Shown here: one piece after another, positions 1 to 14,700 of the stretch | How the letters are laid out: the number at the start of each line of letters is the position of its first letter | Position numbering within the stretch: the first letter of the stretch is position 1 | NCBI RefSeq assembly: GCF_964204645.1 | Contig: NC_134033.1 | Location: 6,720,231-6,784,230 of the forward strand | From: Tubulanus polymorphus | Taxonomy: Eukaryota; Animalia; Nemertea | Direction: 5' to 3' | Length of the DNA stretch: 64,000 nt | Made by a program: the position numbers and the translations under genes | The notes under the pieces: generated by a model | Told to the model about the DNA's origin: nothing | The model's database searches: none | The model's input: the letters and a program-made list of their open reading frames with translations, nothing else

Positions 1-1139
1 TTCCCAAAATCCATTTTTCGAAGATTTCATTCTCGTTAAAAAGTCATTTATCGCTGACCAAAATTAAGTCCTTTTTCATATATTTATTACCTTCAGTAGT
101 CATGAAGGTTATTAGATGGTAGTGAGTCGATGACGTCATTTTCGTGTCGCCACTTACAACTTGTTGGTTTGAGTTCAGAGGAAGATTTGTCAAACGAATA
201 AATACTTTAATCTAATTAATGCAGAGTGTGAAATTTCGCTTTTAGTAAATATTTCCCTAAATTATTAGCAAATGCCGATAGTAAGACCGTGGAAAAGTTT
301 TTATCGTTGAATGGGCGAATTACAGCGGCAGAGTGCACCTACAATAAGGCGGAAATAGTTCCATGTGAAGACAAAGCTTTCAAATGATTAGACAGTCGGA
401 GGTGGTTTATCAACTTTTTTCAACTATAATGCTGTTATTTTCCCAATCAAATTGCTAGATTTCGATAGTTTCTCATAAGTCAACACTTCTAATTCAATGT
501 GATTTTGATGTGTGTAGAGATACATCGTGACTAGCGTATTGAATGGCGGCGCCATGTTTAAGCTGTGCGTCGATCGTTGAATAGTGGAATTATAGGTTAT
601 ATAGGTTATAATTATCTTCATAAGTTTATTAAGGGTTAGTGTCAACAAATGGTCCATTACAGTCCCTCAAATTTATATGGAGAGATGCTCTTAACCGGCA
701 AACCGTGGTCTGTTTCGTGTTATCGTTGGTCTACGTGACTGACCTTGCTCGAGCGTTCGCTGCCGGCGCGCTGCTTCAAAGTTATGAATAAAGTGGTATA
801 TAACTGATTGTTAATGACATACTACAAATAAACCTTTAAAGAAAGGTACCTAGTGTCTGACATTCTACTGAAAAATTCCGGCTTGATTCACCGCACAGTT
901 TTTTCATAGTGAGCATTTTAGTATATGAATCAATTAAAATGATTGACAGACGCGGGTGCGGTTTTATCAGCTGTTGAAGACATTCGATGTAAACAATAAT
1001 TTTAACCATGTGCGCGATGAAAACAGGGACATCAAACTAAGAATCCCTGAATTTTTTAATTACATGTGATTTGAATAGGCATCTGTGCTGGTTTTTCAAA
1101 AATTTGAATCTTAATTGACTCCTATTGCATAAGCCTAAG

Positions 1140-4100
1140 CAGTCAGGAACACTTTCCAAAAGCGGCTTATTCTGCCAATTTCGGCGTTTTCCACCAATAA
1201 CGGCAGAATCGGCCATTTATGGATCACTCAGTTTTGAAACTTTCACAGTCGTTTATGGCTTAATCAGCCAGTTTCAGCTGACTAAGTTTCGAGTTTCGCT
1301 TTAAAGTTTTCCCCGCACTTCCGGTTCAGTTTGCACAGGTTGCCGATGACGTCATAATCTCGAGCAGACAATAGGCTTTCATATGATGCTAGGATGGAAA
1401 TTTTTGAGCCAGGTAAAATTGTCAAATTTACATATTTCTAAATAATTACGTCATATGAAGCCCAAAAACTCCGGGAAAATTCTCAAAACTACTACCACAT
1501 GTAACAAGTTTATTAATCATGATTTTTGTTAAAAATAAATGTGGGAACTAGTTTCAACAAGAAAATTAATTTTGATGAATTATTTGACACCTGTGAAAAA
1601 AATGTAGAATTTTTGGGATAAGCTAATGTGGAATTGCAAATTTGAAATCGAAGTTTAAAGAAATTTGAGGAATTATGAGATCTGGCGATTTGGTAGGTGA
1701 TACAGGTCTTCGACTCTATAGTACTGGTTTAAGTTTTTGGTTTACCTTTGTCAGTGATATGAAGTTGGCATTGAGCCAATTCATGTAAAATCGCGGTATG
1801 TTTTTTTATGTGAGCATTTGTTTCATTGGTTCTCGGCTTAAACGATGTATAATCGATGCGATTGAAGACATGGCGAACCTCTGTCAATGACATGGTCAAC
1901 ATTGTTAAAATTCTACGAAAAACGGTTTTTGGCGGGAAAATTCTTAGCTCTTGCGTATAGAATTGCAATGACCTCGATTGGATCGTTGTCTGTATGAGCG
2001 AATGTGATTGGCTACTTTTGGGATATACGGGAAATTCGGGCGCTACCGTACTAAAATAATTATGGGAAAGCCATAGAGTGGCGAACGTTTCATTGGACTA
2101 GGTGCCGTATATGTGCGAATTTCAAATGCTCATTGCTGGTGAGAATGTAATTATTATCCGCCATAGGTATTGTTTCATTTGTGATTGTTTTGATTGACAT
2201 TGAAGTGTAAGCGAACGTTCGCTACACGAGGCCTCCACGTGCGCGCAGAGTGCTATAGACTGTTGCACACAAACACACGCTCATACAGTATACACTACTA
2301 TAGTGATACTGTAACGCTGCTTGCTGGCGCGTTTGACATTTCATCAACAGAAGAGCGCTCTGTTTTCTGAATTTGTAATGAATTGTTATTTCTTGTGACC
2401 TGATAATATTAAGCAGCAAACTATACGTATAGGTCGAGGTCTGAATATTGTAGCGGTAAATTCCAGGATTTAAAACGATCTAATACGCCGATTTCTTACT
2501 GCACCGGTATTTTAGCTTCCGCGGCCATACATTCAGCCACCCTCAGATATGTGACATCATATGAATTTTATTTGAATATTTTTTCATATTATGAAAAATA
2601 TTTCTTTGAAACAGGGATATGATTTTTCTGGCTTAAACCGGATTTCCGGCCTTTGGGATCAAAATATTGACCCCCTGGGATTTGCACAGATCCGTTGAGA
2701 GAAGTGGGGGGGGGGGGGTTGAGGTACTCTGCTGACTGACGATTGGTACCGGTGAGCCATAAAAGCATTCAAGACCGGACAATCAGAAGTCTTTTGCGCT
2801 GGATGGTTTTTCTGGGGGAGAAGTAGACATTGTCATTTAAATAACTTGTTCATGTTATTCTGTATGAATTACCTGTGTGTCTTGTATTTTCTTATTTTAA
2901 AATTTGTAACTTTATTGAATTTGGGAATTTCCGCTCCTGATATAATCATACATCCTTTACTATTACAATACGTCTTCTAATGATATTCAATGCAATATAA
3001 CATTTCGACGTTCAAATAGAGGTCATTATATAATCACAGGAAGCCATTCTACATCTTTGTCAATAATATTTTGCCAAATAGCTTGTATGTGTACGCATAG
3101 ACCTATGACGTTTTGCACATCGATTTACGGTTTTCGTCTTTAAAATGACGCTGAATGGTTAACATTGTTTATTATTGTTTACAACTTTTATAAGGCGTCG
3201 AAAAAATAACTTGTTTATGTTATTCTGTATGAATTATGCGTGTGTCTTGTATGTTGTATTTTCTTATTTTAAAATTTGGGAATTTTATCCCGGAATTTTA
3301 TATATTATAAGGATCAATATAGAATTGAATTGAATTGTCACCTAATACACATGCCATCAGAGGACACGGAGCCATATATGACGGCTATGCTATTATAAAT
3401 TGCTAATCTCATGAAACTTGCGTACCCTTAATATCGAACATATTTTCTAAAACATTTGAATATTGAAATCATATGTTTACACATTTTTATATTGACCACT
3501 TGTAGATGGCGATGAAATTCACGCCGACCCTACACAGATCGTAGATAGCTTTGTCATTGGTCTTGCTTTTGTATCAGACTTCCAAATCGTGTATAACAGC
3601 CATTTTGACCACATAATCCGATTTACTTATCATTTCGATTTATGCCTGCCGCTTCTGACATAATCGTACATCCTTTACTATTACAATACATCTTCTAATG
3701 ATATTCAATGCAATATAACATTACAACATTCAAAAAGAACTCATTATATAATCACAGGAAGCTATTCTACATCTTTGTCAATAGTATTTTGCCAAATAGC
3801 TAGTATGTGTACACATAGACCTGTGACGTTTTGCACATCGATTTAAGGTTGTGGTTCATAAAATGACACTGAATGGTTAACATTGTTTAGGTTTCATAAT
3901 GGCAGACTGGACTTCATACAATGTTGCTTAATTGAAGGTAATTAACATCTTCCATGCCTCCCAGCTAATTGGACTTATGATGGAGGAGATTGAATGAATT
4001 GGTGGCCATGACTTTACAACACTCAAATCAATACAGCCGTTTTTAGACTAATTTCAAACTGCAACAAACATTTTCGAAACAATTTGGGATACATGTATGT

Positions 4101-4542
4101 ATATATTTATTACATAAAATACAAGTATACAGAAAGAACAGAATTTATACTGTTGCCATCAGAAATTCTGTACATATATAGGCCTATTCAATTCTTTCTT
4201 GAAGCCTGGAATGGAAAAATGAGATAAAAATATAAAATAAGATAAATTTTTCAGGGCAGAGCCAGCAGTAAAGCGATGATGTCATAATAGGGATTTCCAT
4301 GCACTATAAATAGTACCTGTGGAACTATTTACGCCAAAAACGCTGTTTTAGCGATGTAGTTTTAAAGACTAAAAACGGCGTGAATGGCGTTTTTTAAGAA
4401 CAAGCCGAAAATGGCAGAAAACGCCAATTTCGGCTAAATTGGCAGAAGCAATTTAAAATCCATAAACGGCTGATGCTGCTGTTATTGGCGGAAAACGCCG
4501 AAATTGGTAGAATAAGCCGTTTTTGGAAAGTGTTCCTGATTG
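1140..4542. mobile_element. Non-autonomous TIR DNA transposon (~3.4 kb) with ~90-bp imperfect TIRs and nested repeats
   Basis: CAGTCAGGAACACTTTCCAAAAGCGGCTTATTCTGCCAATTTCGGCG at 1140 is the near reverse complement of the sequence ending at 4542. CTAAG flanks both ends (1135-1139, 4543-4547); a TAA TSD is the alternative reading. Contains an internal direct duplication (~2945-3170 vs ~3665-3890). Confidence 0.7.
1733..2600. repeat. Dispersed repeat family A, copy 1 (non-coding, unclassified)
   Basis: High similarity to 18700-19550, 5013-5230 and 10774-11000, e.g. TTTTTGGTTTACCTTTGTCAG...GGCATTGAGCCAATTCATGTAAA. Confidence 0.85.
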
Positions 4543-5012
4543 CTAAGCCAGGCCCTCTGGAATTTAATTCGACACAGTAATTCGCCTGTAATTTGTGATG
4601 AATCTTATTGAAAATTAGCTTGAAGATTGGGTCTGGCGAGATGTCAACCCGTATTGAAAAAACATTTCATTGGTTATCAAATATGGCTGCCATTCGGGTG
4701 GCCATCTTGAATTTCTTGTTTGCATGATGCAGACCCCAATTGTTGGTGGATTTCCACAAAATTTGGTGTGAGGATCAGGGTAGGTAAGCTGTCCATGCCT
4801 TTTGTATATGCAGGTCATCGGCTTTCAAATGTTACCACTAGGTCAGCCATCTTGAATTTCTAGCACGAAACGGCCTGCAATTCTTGATGCATTTTCATGA
4901 TACGAGGTGTAAGAATTTTGGCAGGTGAAATGGTTACCCCTTATTGAAAATTGAGTTCAAGTATGGCCACCAGGGTTGCCATCCATCTTGCATTTCTTTT
5001 CAGCATGGATGC

Positions 5013-5230
5013 ATTTTTGGTCTACCTTTGTCAGCGATATGAAGTTGGCATTGAGCCAATTCATGTAAAATCGCGGTACGTTTTTTCATGTGAGCATACG
5101 TTTTATTGGTTTTCGGCCTAAACGACGTATAATCGATGCGATTGGCGAACCTCTAGCGATGACATGGTCAACTTTGTTAAAATTCTACGAAAAGCTGTTT
5201 TTGGCGGGAAAATTCTTAGCTCTTGCGTAT
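5013..5230. repeat. Dispersed repeat family A, partial copy
   Basis: Matches 1733-1960. Confidence 0.8.
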
Positions 5231-5262
5231 TTCCAGTTGCTGCTCTATTGGTTCGACATAAG

Positions 5263-5868
5263 CCGGCTTGCAACGGCAACCGACACCTACTGACTCGTCG
5301 CAAGCCGTATCCGGCTAGTTGCCCATTCTCTACTCCGGCCTACGGTAGGCGGACAGAACTGCTTTTGATCACAACCGACATAAGCTCATCTGCGACGCGA
5401 CGGAACTGAGTGCAGGGGTGTCAGCCGATAAGAGACCGCATATACATAGCACAAATTATCACCGCTAGTTAGCGGCACTAGTAATCAGTCATAAACTTTC
5501 AAATTCAAGTATTTCTAAATGTAAACCAAATCTTCAGCACGGCAGATTACTGGACCGAAGTCTAGAAGCAAAATGGTAGAATTATGGTGTGCGCGGCCAT
5601 CTTTATATGATGTCGCTAGCACATTGTATTCAAAACAGAATCAGAAAGATAAAGATCTTAAAGAAATAGCTTTTCTAATAGAAATATATTTCCCAATAAT
5701 TCAAAATAAATCAAATTCATTCTCAAAATGCTTATCATGTGACCATCTGAGCCATTGCCGTTGCCAGTAATCGTAACCGACATAAGCAGGGAAGCAACTT
5801 GGAGGATCTCGTATCCCACTAGTCGGCCTCAGTTGCTGCGAATCGGAGCGCAGTTGATATATGCCGGG
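5263..5868 (+). mobile_element. PIF/Harbinger-derived non-autonomous element with MADF (Myb/SANT-like) domain remnant
   Basis: 5573 translates as MVELWCARPSLYDVASTLYSKQNQKDKDLKEIA, matching the MADF pattern LIELW..RP.LYD....Y......K....EIA. Imperfect GCCGGC-type inverted ends. Confidence 0.55.
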
Positions 5869-6119
5869 CACGGGAAATTTGTATTTACCCTAGATTTCAA
5901 GAATAATTATAAAGATATAGCTGCGCAGCAGCAATAACGGGTTTTCTGCACATCCTTGTTCGTATTCTTGATCTTGTCTGGATAATGTGTCGACCACGAT
6001 CGCATGTATGCGATGCAGCCAAACCATGCCGTGAAAATGAAGGGAATTTAGAAACCTGTTCAACCGTCAACACCGTTTTATAAAAGGACGGTCGACAAAC
6101 AGTCAATTAGGCCTACTTT

Positions 6120-6500
6120 GAAGCCATGGATGACTGGACCAGATAGTTATTTGACTCTGGAAAATCGACTGTTAGGCCTAATAGTATTTATGGATTTCGA
6201 AAAAGCATTTGATAAGGTACAACATCAGCGATTACTAAACGAGCTATTAAGTGACGGTATCAATGATAGGTCGTTTGAATGGCTCAGCAGATTTCTCTGA
6301 TCGAAATCAGGTGGCCGAAATCAAATGAACTCATCTTGGAATAAATCGGTCTGACTAGTGGAGTCACACAAGGTAGTATCCCAAGTCGTCTTCTCTTCAC
6401 TATCCTGATAGATGATATACAGAGTAATCAAAAATGTACCGGACAGAGTATATTTCCAAAACGATCTAAACAAGCAGTGTTCTTCTATTCATGGTCAGAA
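6120..6500 (+). pseudogene. Decayed CR1-like LINE reverse transcriptase fragment
   Basis: FMDFEKAFDKVQHQRLL...W...FL, followed after frameshifts by TSGVTQGS...LLFTILIDDI (RT motifs). Confidence 0.8.
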
Positions 6501-8904
6501 AGTTGGGCTTCTACCTGAAAGGCATGATATGGATATTGGATACAAAGAAAACCCAGGTTCAGATTATACGTTTATGTTCGAATGAGATGATTATTTTGTT
6601 CGAAATTAGGTTACTTATTATAACGAAGACTATCTAGTTCCACCAAAATTTTGCTCTTTGGAACGAAAAACGAATAAAAACAATTCTGTTCGATCGAACT
6701 ATACGCTTTTTGTTCAAACAAAAACTTTTCTTCGTTCTGACCAAAAAAATTGTTTGAATAAAAAGTTTTGTTATTGTTGAAATGAAAACTTTTTGTCCCG
6801 ACAATAATGTTTTGTTGAGCGAAAACAATTTCGTTCAAACGAATGTTTGAATGAAAACAATTGTGTTCGATTTAACAATATACTGAATACTTTGTGTTCG
6901 GACGAAAAACTTTTTACAATATACCGCTTCGACCGAAAGACTTAATGTTCCGACTAGAAGATTTTGTCCGAATGGCAACGGTTCTGTCCGATTTTTATTC
7001 CGGCGAAAAAACTTTTCGAAAAAAAAGATCTTTCTAGGGCTCCGCAGTAACTAAAGTCATTAGGAATTAATGAAATACCAGTTTCATTAATGATGAAATA
7101 ACTCAAATGAAAAGTCTGGTTTATAAAGCTGTCTGCTCAGACGAAATTTTCCAAAAAATCCTAATTTTGCCAATAAAATATCGTTGATAATTGTGATTGA
7201 TCATTGCAAGTCAGAACCAGTTAATCACTCATACATACATTTTAATAAATCTGATTCCTCCTTTACAGTGAACTTAGCTTTAACCTAGTAGAGGCTACTA
7301 GTATAGCCTATGTAGATCTATGCATATGCGTAGGCCTAACAACCGGACAGATTGGTTTTAGGCCTATTGAATATCAACCCTCCTAAACATCATATTCCTA
7401 CACCATATTTAACAGGGATAGGTCCATGGGGTATTCAATTCGTAAAATCGATTTCATTTTCGGATTATGAAGAAATAAATCATTTGTAGGCCTACTTCGC
7501 GTCGCAGCAATGTTGCCGAATTTTTTATTGAAAATTTTGTTTGAAGTTCAATCAACGAGTCCGTTAATAATCACAACAATTATACCATGCTTGCTTGAAA
7601 CAGTAAAGCTCAGTAGGCCTAGAGGTCGCGTAGTACAACTCAATAAACACTTCAAGCGACCTACTAACCAGCGTCTACTGTCTGTCACACCTGCTCTCTC
7701 TCCGTGCGACGTTTCGGTCCATGATTTGGTTAATAATCGGTTTATCTCTAAAGATTATGCATCAATTTGTTCAGTAAGAAATTTACATTCAGAAATAAAT
7801 CATGAAGTGGCCTAGATTTGTTTGTATTTTCATCTATCTGCGATAGTTTTTCTTGCATTCGTCGCGTAATGCTGAAAAATGGCTTTTATGGCCCATCACG
7901 TGGCGCCACCTTCTGTATTTTGATATGCTACTTAGCAGATGATGACTTCACTGTAACGTTTCCGAGCGTCCGCGGAGCGGATTTTTCAGCATTACGTGAG
8001 CGTATGCTGAATAAATTATCGCTCATAAATAAAACAAAGAACTACAAATAACTTTAGTAGAAATTGTTGTTTATTTCTGAATGCAAAGTTCTCACTGAAC
8101 AAATTGATGCGTAAAAAAGGTAGACAAACTGTTTATTAACGAAATAACGGACCAAAACGTCACATGGAGAGCAGGTGTGACAGACAGTAGAAACGATCTC
8201 CTATCCACCGCGGCATGCGAGATGCTCACTCGGAATATCAAGCTTGAGTCCAGCTTATGGATAAGAATGTGTAATATATACAGGCATTTAGTAAATATCC
8301 CGTGGATTTTGGTTAAGATCGGTATGTACTGTAGGAAAAATGGAATGTTGATAAATTTTTGAAATCTGCGGCCAAATCACTGGTAGTAATAAATCCATTT
8401 ATTGATACCTCATCACCACAACAGCTTTTCTCCGCTGCGTCAGTTCGGCATGTTTAGTTTAGGCCTATACGACTCGGTACTCTAATGATTTATCATAGTG
8501 AATATCCGATAAAGAAACTAACTGTTTGAAGCCCGCAGCCAAATCACTAAATTTATTAAATTAATAAATTTATTTGTACTTGCTTTGATTCTCATGGCGA
8601 GGAGAACCCGCAGCGGATCCGCGGAACGACAATGTAAAGACACAAGTTGATTCATTGATATTTACAGCTCGACAGTGCTTACAATATTTTGAGTAGTAAA
8701 TTATATCCTGTCGGTCGGTTAAGTGTACTGATGAAGAAAATGGCTAATTGTTAAAATTAATTGTTTGAAGACCGCGGCTGAATGTGACATCTTGCGGCAA
8801 TGAATTTGTTTATTTACACTTGAATTGATAATCGAAGTGACAAGCAGCCTCCGGTGGATTTCGGGATGACGGCTCAGAAAAAACATGTCACCTCATTGAA
8901 TAGG

Positions 8905-10171
8905 CTGTGTTGTCATATCGCGGAAAGACGGAATCGCGGAATTTTTTCCAAAAATGCGGAATTTCTTCATTTTTACTTTAAAAAGTAAACGGGTTTTCCC
9001 ACGGGGATACCCACTGTCGGACAGGGCACCGGACCGATCGATGCAACGAGTTAGGTTCGAATCCCATTATTTGCAGGCAATTTTATATGGAATTATTATA
9101 TTACGATACCGTTGACTGGGCCAAATTCGGTTTTCGTATCTAGTCAACTAGTGGTCGGAACTAATAACCGAATGCGCTTGATTTTCGAACTATTTCCGGA
9201 ATATAGTTCCGACTATCGGACATTCGGTTTCGTTTAGTTCGACTATACTCGACTAACTCAGATAACCGAAGGTGGCCCTGGCTGCCACCTGTAGAAGAAG
9301 TCAGAATCAAGTGGGGTGAAAGAGACCAGGCACCTAATGTCTATTTCTACTAGGCAAACTTCGGTTATCGAAGTTCATCGACTTTTTGAGAACTTCAGAA
9401 ACGAATATTATCAGATAAATATTGAGCACGTTCGCGGTGTCGGACCGTAATTGTAGATGGTTGCAAACATGAAATCCTACGACCAAACAAGTACCGGTTC
9501 AAATTCCTTTGAAATTATTATAATTTTACGGCCGTCCAGTACCAGTACCAATAAGATTCTTTTGATCCAAATAATCAGCATAGGGACATATATGTTATAG
9601 CAGTCACAAAGTTAACATTAAAAAAAACGAAACCATTTTATAATCTTTCATATCATTTAATTCTAAAAGATAAACCACATTCGCGTATAACAACAATGTA
9701 GACACACAACACGCATGAACAATCCTAAGCCAGAATGAAATATACATAATGTCTATTTATTTTCGTCTGAATCAATTCATTTCCAATGTTTTAAATCCAG
9801 AGACCAGAGTCAAATCTTAACTCGGAAATGAGTCCTGGAGAATGACCCATGGTGTCATCACAAATCCTACGTTTACGTACCATCGATTTGTATTCCTTCA
9901 GTTAATGCAGCGATACTCTGTATCACTGAATTCGCAAAGCACGTATTGCCTAGGTTCTCCATTATTTGGAACAGTATCGTTAAGTTGTTGACTGGCGATA
10001 TAATAAATTATCAAATACTAATTCCCGGTGTTGAAAACCTGGGTCCGGTGCCCTGTCCGACAGTGGGTATCCCCGTGGGAAAACCCCGTTTACTATTTAT
10101 AGTAAAAATGAAGAAATTCCGCGTTTTTGGAAAATTCCGCGTTTCCGTCTTTCCGCGATATGACAACACCG
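8905..10171. mobile_element. Non-autonomous DNA transposon, ~130-bp TIRs, 9-bp TSD (MULE-like)
   Basis: TIRs at 8905-~9035 and ~10042-10171; TTGAATAGG duplicated at 8896-8904 and 10172-10180. Confidence 0.85.
9119..9277. mobile_element. Nested palindromic Harbinger-like MITE
   Basis: GGCCAAATTCGGTT...AACCGAAGGTGGCC with CTG on both sides (9116-9118, 9278-9280). Confidence 0.65.
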
Positions 10172-10344
10172 TTGAATAGGGCCCAATTTTCGATGTTTAC
10201 GGCCCGACAGTACTTTTGTAACGTTGATTCATACGCAAGGAGTATTTGTAGATCTCAGTGAGCTGAAGGATATCATACGGATTGTATCGGCAACAGTGGC
10301 AAGGTAACAAAGCCTATGTTCTTTTCGTGAAAATAGTGTGACAT

Positions 10345-10412
10345 AAAATAATAATAATAAGAAACATGCATATCTCAATAGAGTTTTCTGTGAAGTAACA
10401 GAAAACCCTAAT
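10345..10412 (+). mobile_element. Helentron-associated (HINE/DINE-like) element 3' end
   Basis: (AAT)n run followed by the stem-loop GTTTTCTG-TGAAGTAA-CAGAAAAC, then CCTAAT. Diverged repeats lie upstream (~8180-8900). Confidence 0.45.
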
Positions 10413-10773
10413 TATAACTTCGTCCAGAGCGTCATCTCTGAGTTCAAAATGTAATAGTACATCGAATATATGCGTGCTTTTACGTTACCTGCTTGAATGA
10501 GTGGCTGCTTATTGGAACACTGCCAGTTTTCTGAAAAACTTAAACTAGGCCACACATCAAGGCATGTTTTCACACTTCAAACATACGTAGCTCATACATC
10601 GGCAGTAGCTCATACATCGGCAGTAGGTTGGCCGTTAAAAAAAAAATATCTATTTCAATGAATCCCAGAAAAAACTTTTCACTCTGCAACTTTGAAGTCG
10701 GGTCGGTCGGGTTACGGCTAACTGACCACTATTTTGGGATGGCCTTATGAATGATCATTTAACCTTTTATAGC

Positions 10774-11258
10774 AGAAGATGAGTGCTGTATTTCCTGTTT
10801 GATAGAATTTGATATAAATTGTAATTTCTTGTGACCTGAAAGTACTAAGCAGCAAAGTAGGTCTAGGTCTAGACCTGGTATTTTAGCTTCCGCAGCCATA
10901 CATTGGAAGAGATTATCAATACTCAATATTCAGCCACCCTCTGATTGGTGACATCATATGAATTTAATTCTAATATTTTTTCATACCTTATCATGAAAAA
11001 TATTTTTTCCAAATGTAAAATAGTTTCCCTGCCGCGCCTATATGTACCCAACGAAATGTTGTACGTGGACCGTAAACAATGTATATCTTCGGTCTTATTT
11101 GACTACAAAATAATTCTTTGAGAAAGATGAAATGCAATATAAACTTATAAAACTTTGAAGTCACAAATTAAAAAGATTCCCTTGTTAGTAATGCCCTTGC
11201 TCCAAACAACCTCTAGCTTTTTCAAGGTAAACCACACTTTGCCCATGGGCAATTTATT
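10774..11258. repeat. Dispersed repeat family A, partial copy
   Basis: Matches 19350-19794 and ends in the same TTGCCCATGGGCAATTTATT palindromic end. Confidence 0.8.
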
Positions 11259-11707
11259 TCATGTAGTGTGATCTTTTCGGCAGCTAAAATGGGCTTGTCT
11301 TTTCATGTAAGGATATATTAACAGAAAATGAACATTATCGCCACATAGCCTATACCATCTTAACTATTTTTAAACTTGTTACATCGTTACAATGTAAATC
11401 TTTCTGTAAAACTTTGAATATTGAATCATTCTTCTTCTACTGTGGCATGAAGGTATAAGGTCCGTGGGCCTCTTGTCTCACTTAATTTTCAATGAAAAGA
11501 ATTTTTTCGTTCTAGTAGCCTGTACATGACAAATTTTTTACTTCACACTATGGTTTGGCGAGCCACTGGACCATTGATCCTTTATTAAAAACTGATTTTC
11601 TACACTTCACTCTGCAATGATGAATGTCCGAGCGGGTGATACCCTCACTTTTAGTTGATAGTGTACCATTGAGCAGCATATTGATTTATATTTGACTTTA
11701 TTTTCAG

Positions 11708-14700
11708 GTGGTCCTGCAAGTTCCTTGGCTATATCAACGACTACAGTACCCTCTATCACCACAATTCCTATTGGTAAGTCACACATCACAGTAGTTAGTC
11801 TGTGCCATATGATGATTTAAGTTTACTTTCTCGTAAACCAAATTAATCTGACTCTAGTCTAAAATGATCGGTTTTATGTTTTGAAAGCATGTTTATATTC
11901 CTCAAGTCCATTGATAAGGCCTTTAGACAATGATAAGGATAGATCGAACTCTGGATCAGGGTTGAACTGTATTAAGCCCCTTGACTGTCTCAAACAAAAT
12001 AGCTTGGTAAAGCCAACTTTTACCCCACTGTTAGAGACGAAGTAACTGGTTCATACCTCTAGACCTGTTCCCCCTGTGTTCATTCGTTGCTTTTGTCATT
12101 TGCTTCATTGCTAGTTAGTGTAGACAATTACTGGCCGCGTTGGTAGCGGTTTTATTAAGCCAGTTTGACTTAGAGCGGCAAGAGAGTGTACAGTCCAATC
12201 AATTCCTTACACGTGCTGAAATTGTCGATTTAAAAGTCGTATTTCTCAGTAATGGCTGAACTCAAATTCAAACCATTGATATTTCTGAACAGCATTCGAA
12301 AATAAGTTTTACACAATATTCTTTCTTGATGGCATTTGCCCTTTGACTGATTGCGTAATGGTGTGTTCATATTAATTAGCTCAAGTTGGAATTTTTTCAT
12401 TGTTACAGCAAAAGTTCATCCCCAACGGCAGTTCGGTATTTCTCATCATCATACGACTTCTCTTCATTCCTCTCATCACCACCTGTCGCAACACCAACCA
12501 CAATCGCTAGCTCCCTCTGGCGCCATCGTTGATCACCACCATCATCATCACAAATCGATAAACGTGCCGAAGACTACGTCAGACCCGAAGGTGATTCCAA
12601 CTACTCTTGTTCACGCTACCGCGTCGCAATCGGCTTCGACGGCTGTCGGTCCGGCTGGTAGTCATCATGGTATTTATTTGTCTCAGTCTCACCGTGTGAT
12701 TCCGGCGGGTCATACGATACAGAGCGCTACTAGTTTACATTCTGATAGGTGAGTAGTGGCGATTGATAACTGAGTTATACGGCTTACGGTCCGTGGATTG
12801 GCAAGACCAGTCTTAGAGACTGTCGTGCCTGATCTGCGGGAATTGTTAATCATTCACTATTTTCAGCCGTTAAGATAGCATAAAAAAATGGGTTCAAAAC
12901 TACGTATAATCTGTCCCCTCCTGAATGTTAGCTTTGATAAGTCATAGCAATAGGTTTACTGTCTCTGATTTTAATGAACAGTGCTTCAAAATGATTATCC
13001 GGAATAGTCTTTCAAAATTGTTGTCGAACCCCTGATTGTCAGCAATGGTATGATGGACATGATGAGTCTTGTGATTAACAGGATTAGTCTGTTTGAGTAG
13101 TTTACTGACCATTGATTGTCTGGAACAGTCCCTGAAAATGGTTTACTGTCAGAAGTGTTTTCCCATGATTGTAAACATCAGTTGGGGTGTTATTCAAAAT
13201 GCTTCTATATAACTACCTGATCTGGAACAGTGACTTGTTTACTGCCCCAGACTGATCGTTAGAAACAGTCTCTGAAAATCATAGCGATAACTCATTTATT
13301 CATCGATAACTCATTTATTCATCGCAATGCGTTATTGTCTTCTAGGCCGCTGTTACCGCGGGTGCCGCATTTGAATCAAATGGCTGGCTGTAATAATAAA
13401 TACCTGCTGAGCACATACTACAACCCGGCTATGTATCAACACCATCCACTGGCGGCAAGTGTTTACCAACAACAAACCGGGCAACAACACACAGCGTTCA
13501 CAGATGCAGTGGCAGGGGCGGCTTCTTTACGACCGAATTTAACTGCAGGAAAAGGTGAAAATCATTCATTTCATTTAAGTTATTATTATTCACAGGACTC
13601 GTTCCTGGTACTTAAACAGGAAAGTGAGCTGTGAGTTGATAGCATTAAATTTTCATGAATAGCATTTAAAATGACAAGAGTGCAGGTAAGATGGAAGAAG
13701 TGGGTGAATAAGGGCAGATGGCTGGCTAGTTAATTGACTGTAGAAGTTCTTAGAACACTAGATTAAATATATTGAATTGATGACAGTCTAGTGATATGAA
13801 AACCCCACACTAAATGCGAAAAGAGTCCAAAATCTGTTCTTGGCTTATGTTTAATTACTCAATGTTTTGATTATCCTAATGATCACCTCAGGAATGTTAG
13901 TGCTGAGTGACGCATGGGTTCATTGTCACCCCGGTCGGGTTGGATGGCATATATGGTACTCAGCATGTGCTTATCCCTCGTTAACGCCCTAAGCTCTTCA
14001 GATTATGTACAATTTTCTTGGTGGCTATAATGGGGGGGAGGCCCGTAGATGAAACTTTTTTCGCAAAATTAGCTTCCTCGTTCTTCCATTATCGCCGCCA
14101 CGGCGGACATATTGATGAAATTCTTGTGAGCATTCTTTATACATCAAATAACATACTATTTCTTTTAAACTAGTATGAGTCATGGGGATGAAACCTCGCG
14201 AAAATTGTCTTTTTCCCTCTTACAATATGGTCACCATAGTTGAAATTTTGAATTTCTTGTTTTTGTTTCCAAGGGAAACTTAACTTCTAACATACATGAC
14301 TTAAAGATAGTTTCTAGAAAGAAAATCAATTCAATATTCATTTGGAAAATTACTGTATGTATATAAGGCTACGTAAATAACCTTGATAATTGGTTCAAAG
14401 TTGTATTGAAAATTGTGAAGTAGTAGTAGATTTTGATCTGCATTGCCGCAATTAATCCCTAAATCAGAGTGATTTAGAGACCTCAGGCCCTACCACAGAA
14501 AGTCTACTAACATATATAATTATTCCTTGAAATCTTACAGAAATTCCCAAAAAGATTATTTGCGAGGAACCTGTGCTCTCAGTCAACAAATTACCCTTGT
14601 TGAGTTTTCTAGTAAAATAACTCATTGATTTTCATCTGTAGATATTTCTAGGGAAGATAGGCACCTCTGAGATCCACATATGATACATCGAAAAAATTAA

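Noticed and set aside
1729-1968. Similar short ORFs at 1729, 5118 and 18655 (QELRIFPPKT)
   Set aside because: They are copies of one DNA repeat with non-ATG starts and frame-breaking indels; no evidence of coding.
6590-7030. TTGTTCG/TTTTG-rich stretch with two minus ORFs
   Set aside because: Degenerate short repeats, probably a MITE interior; no protein signal.
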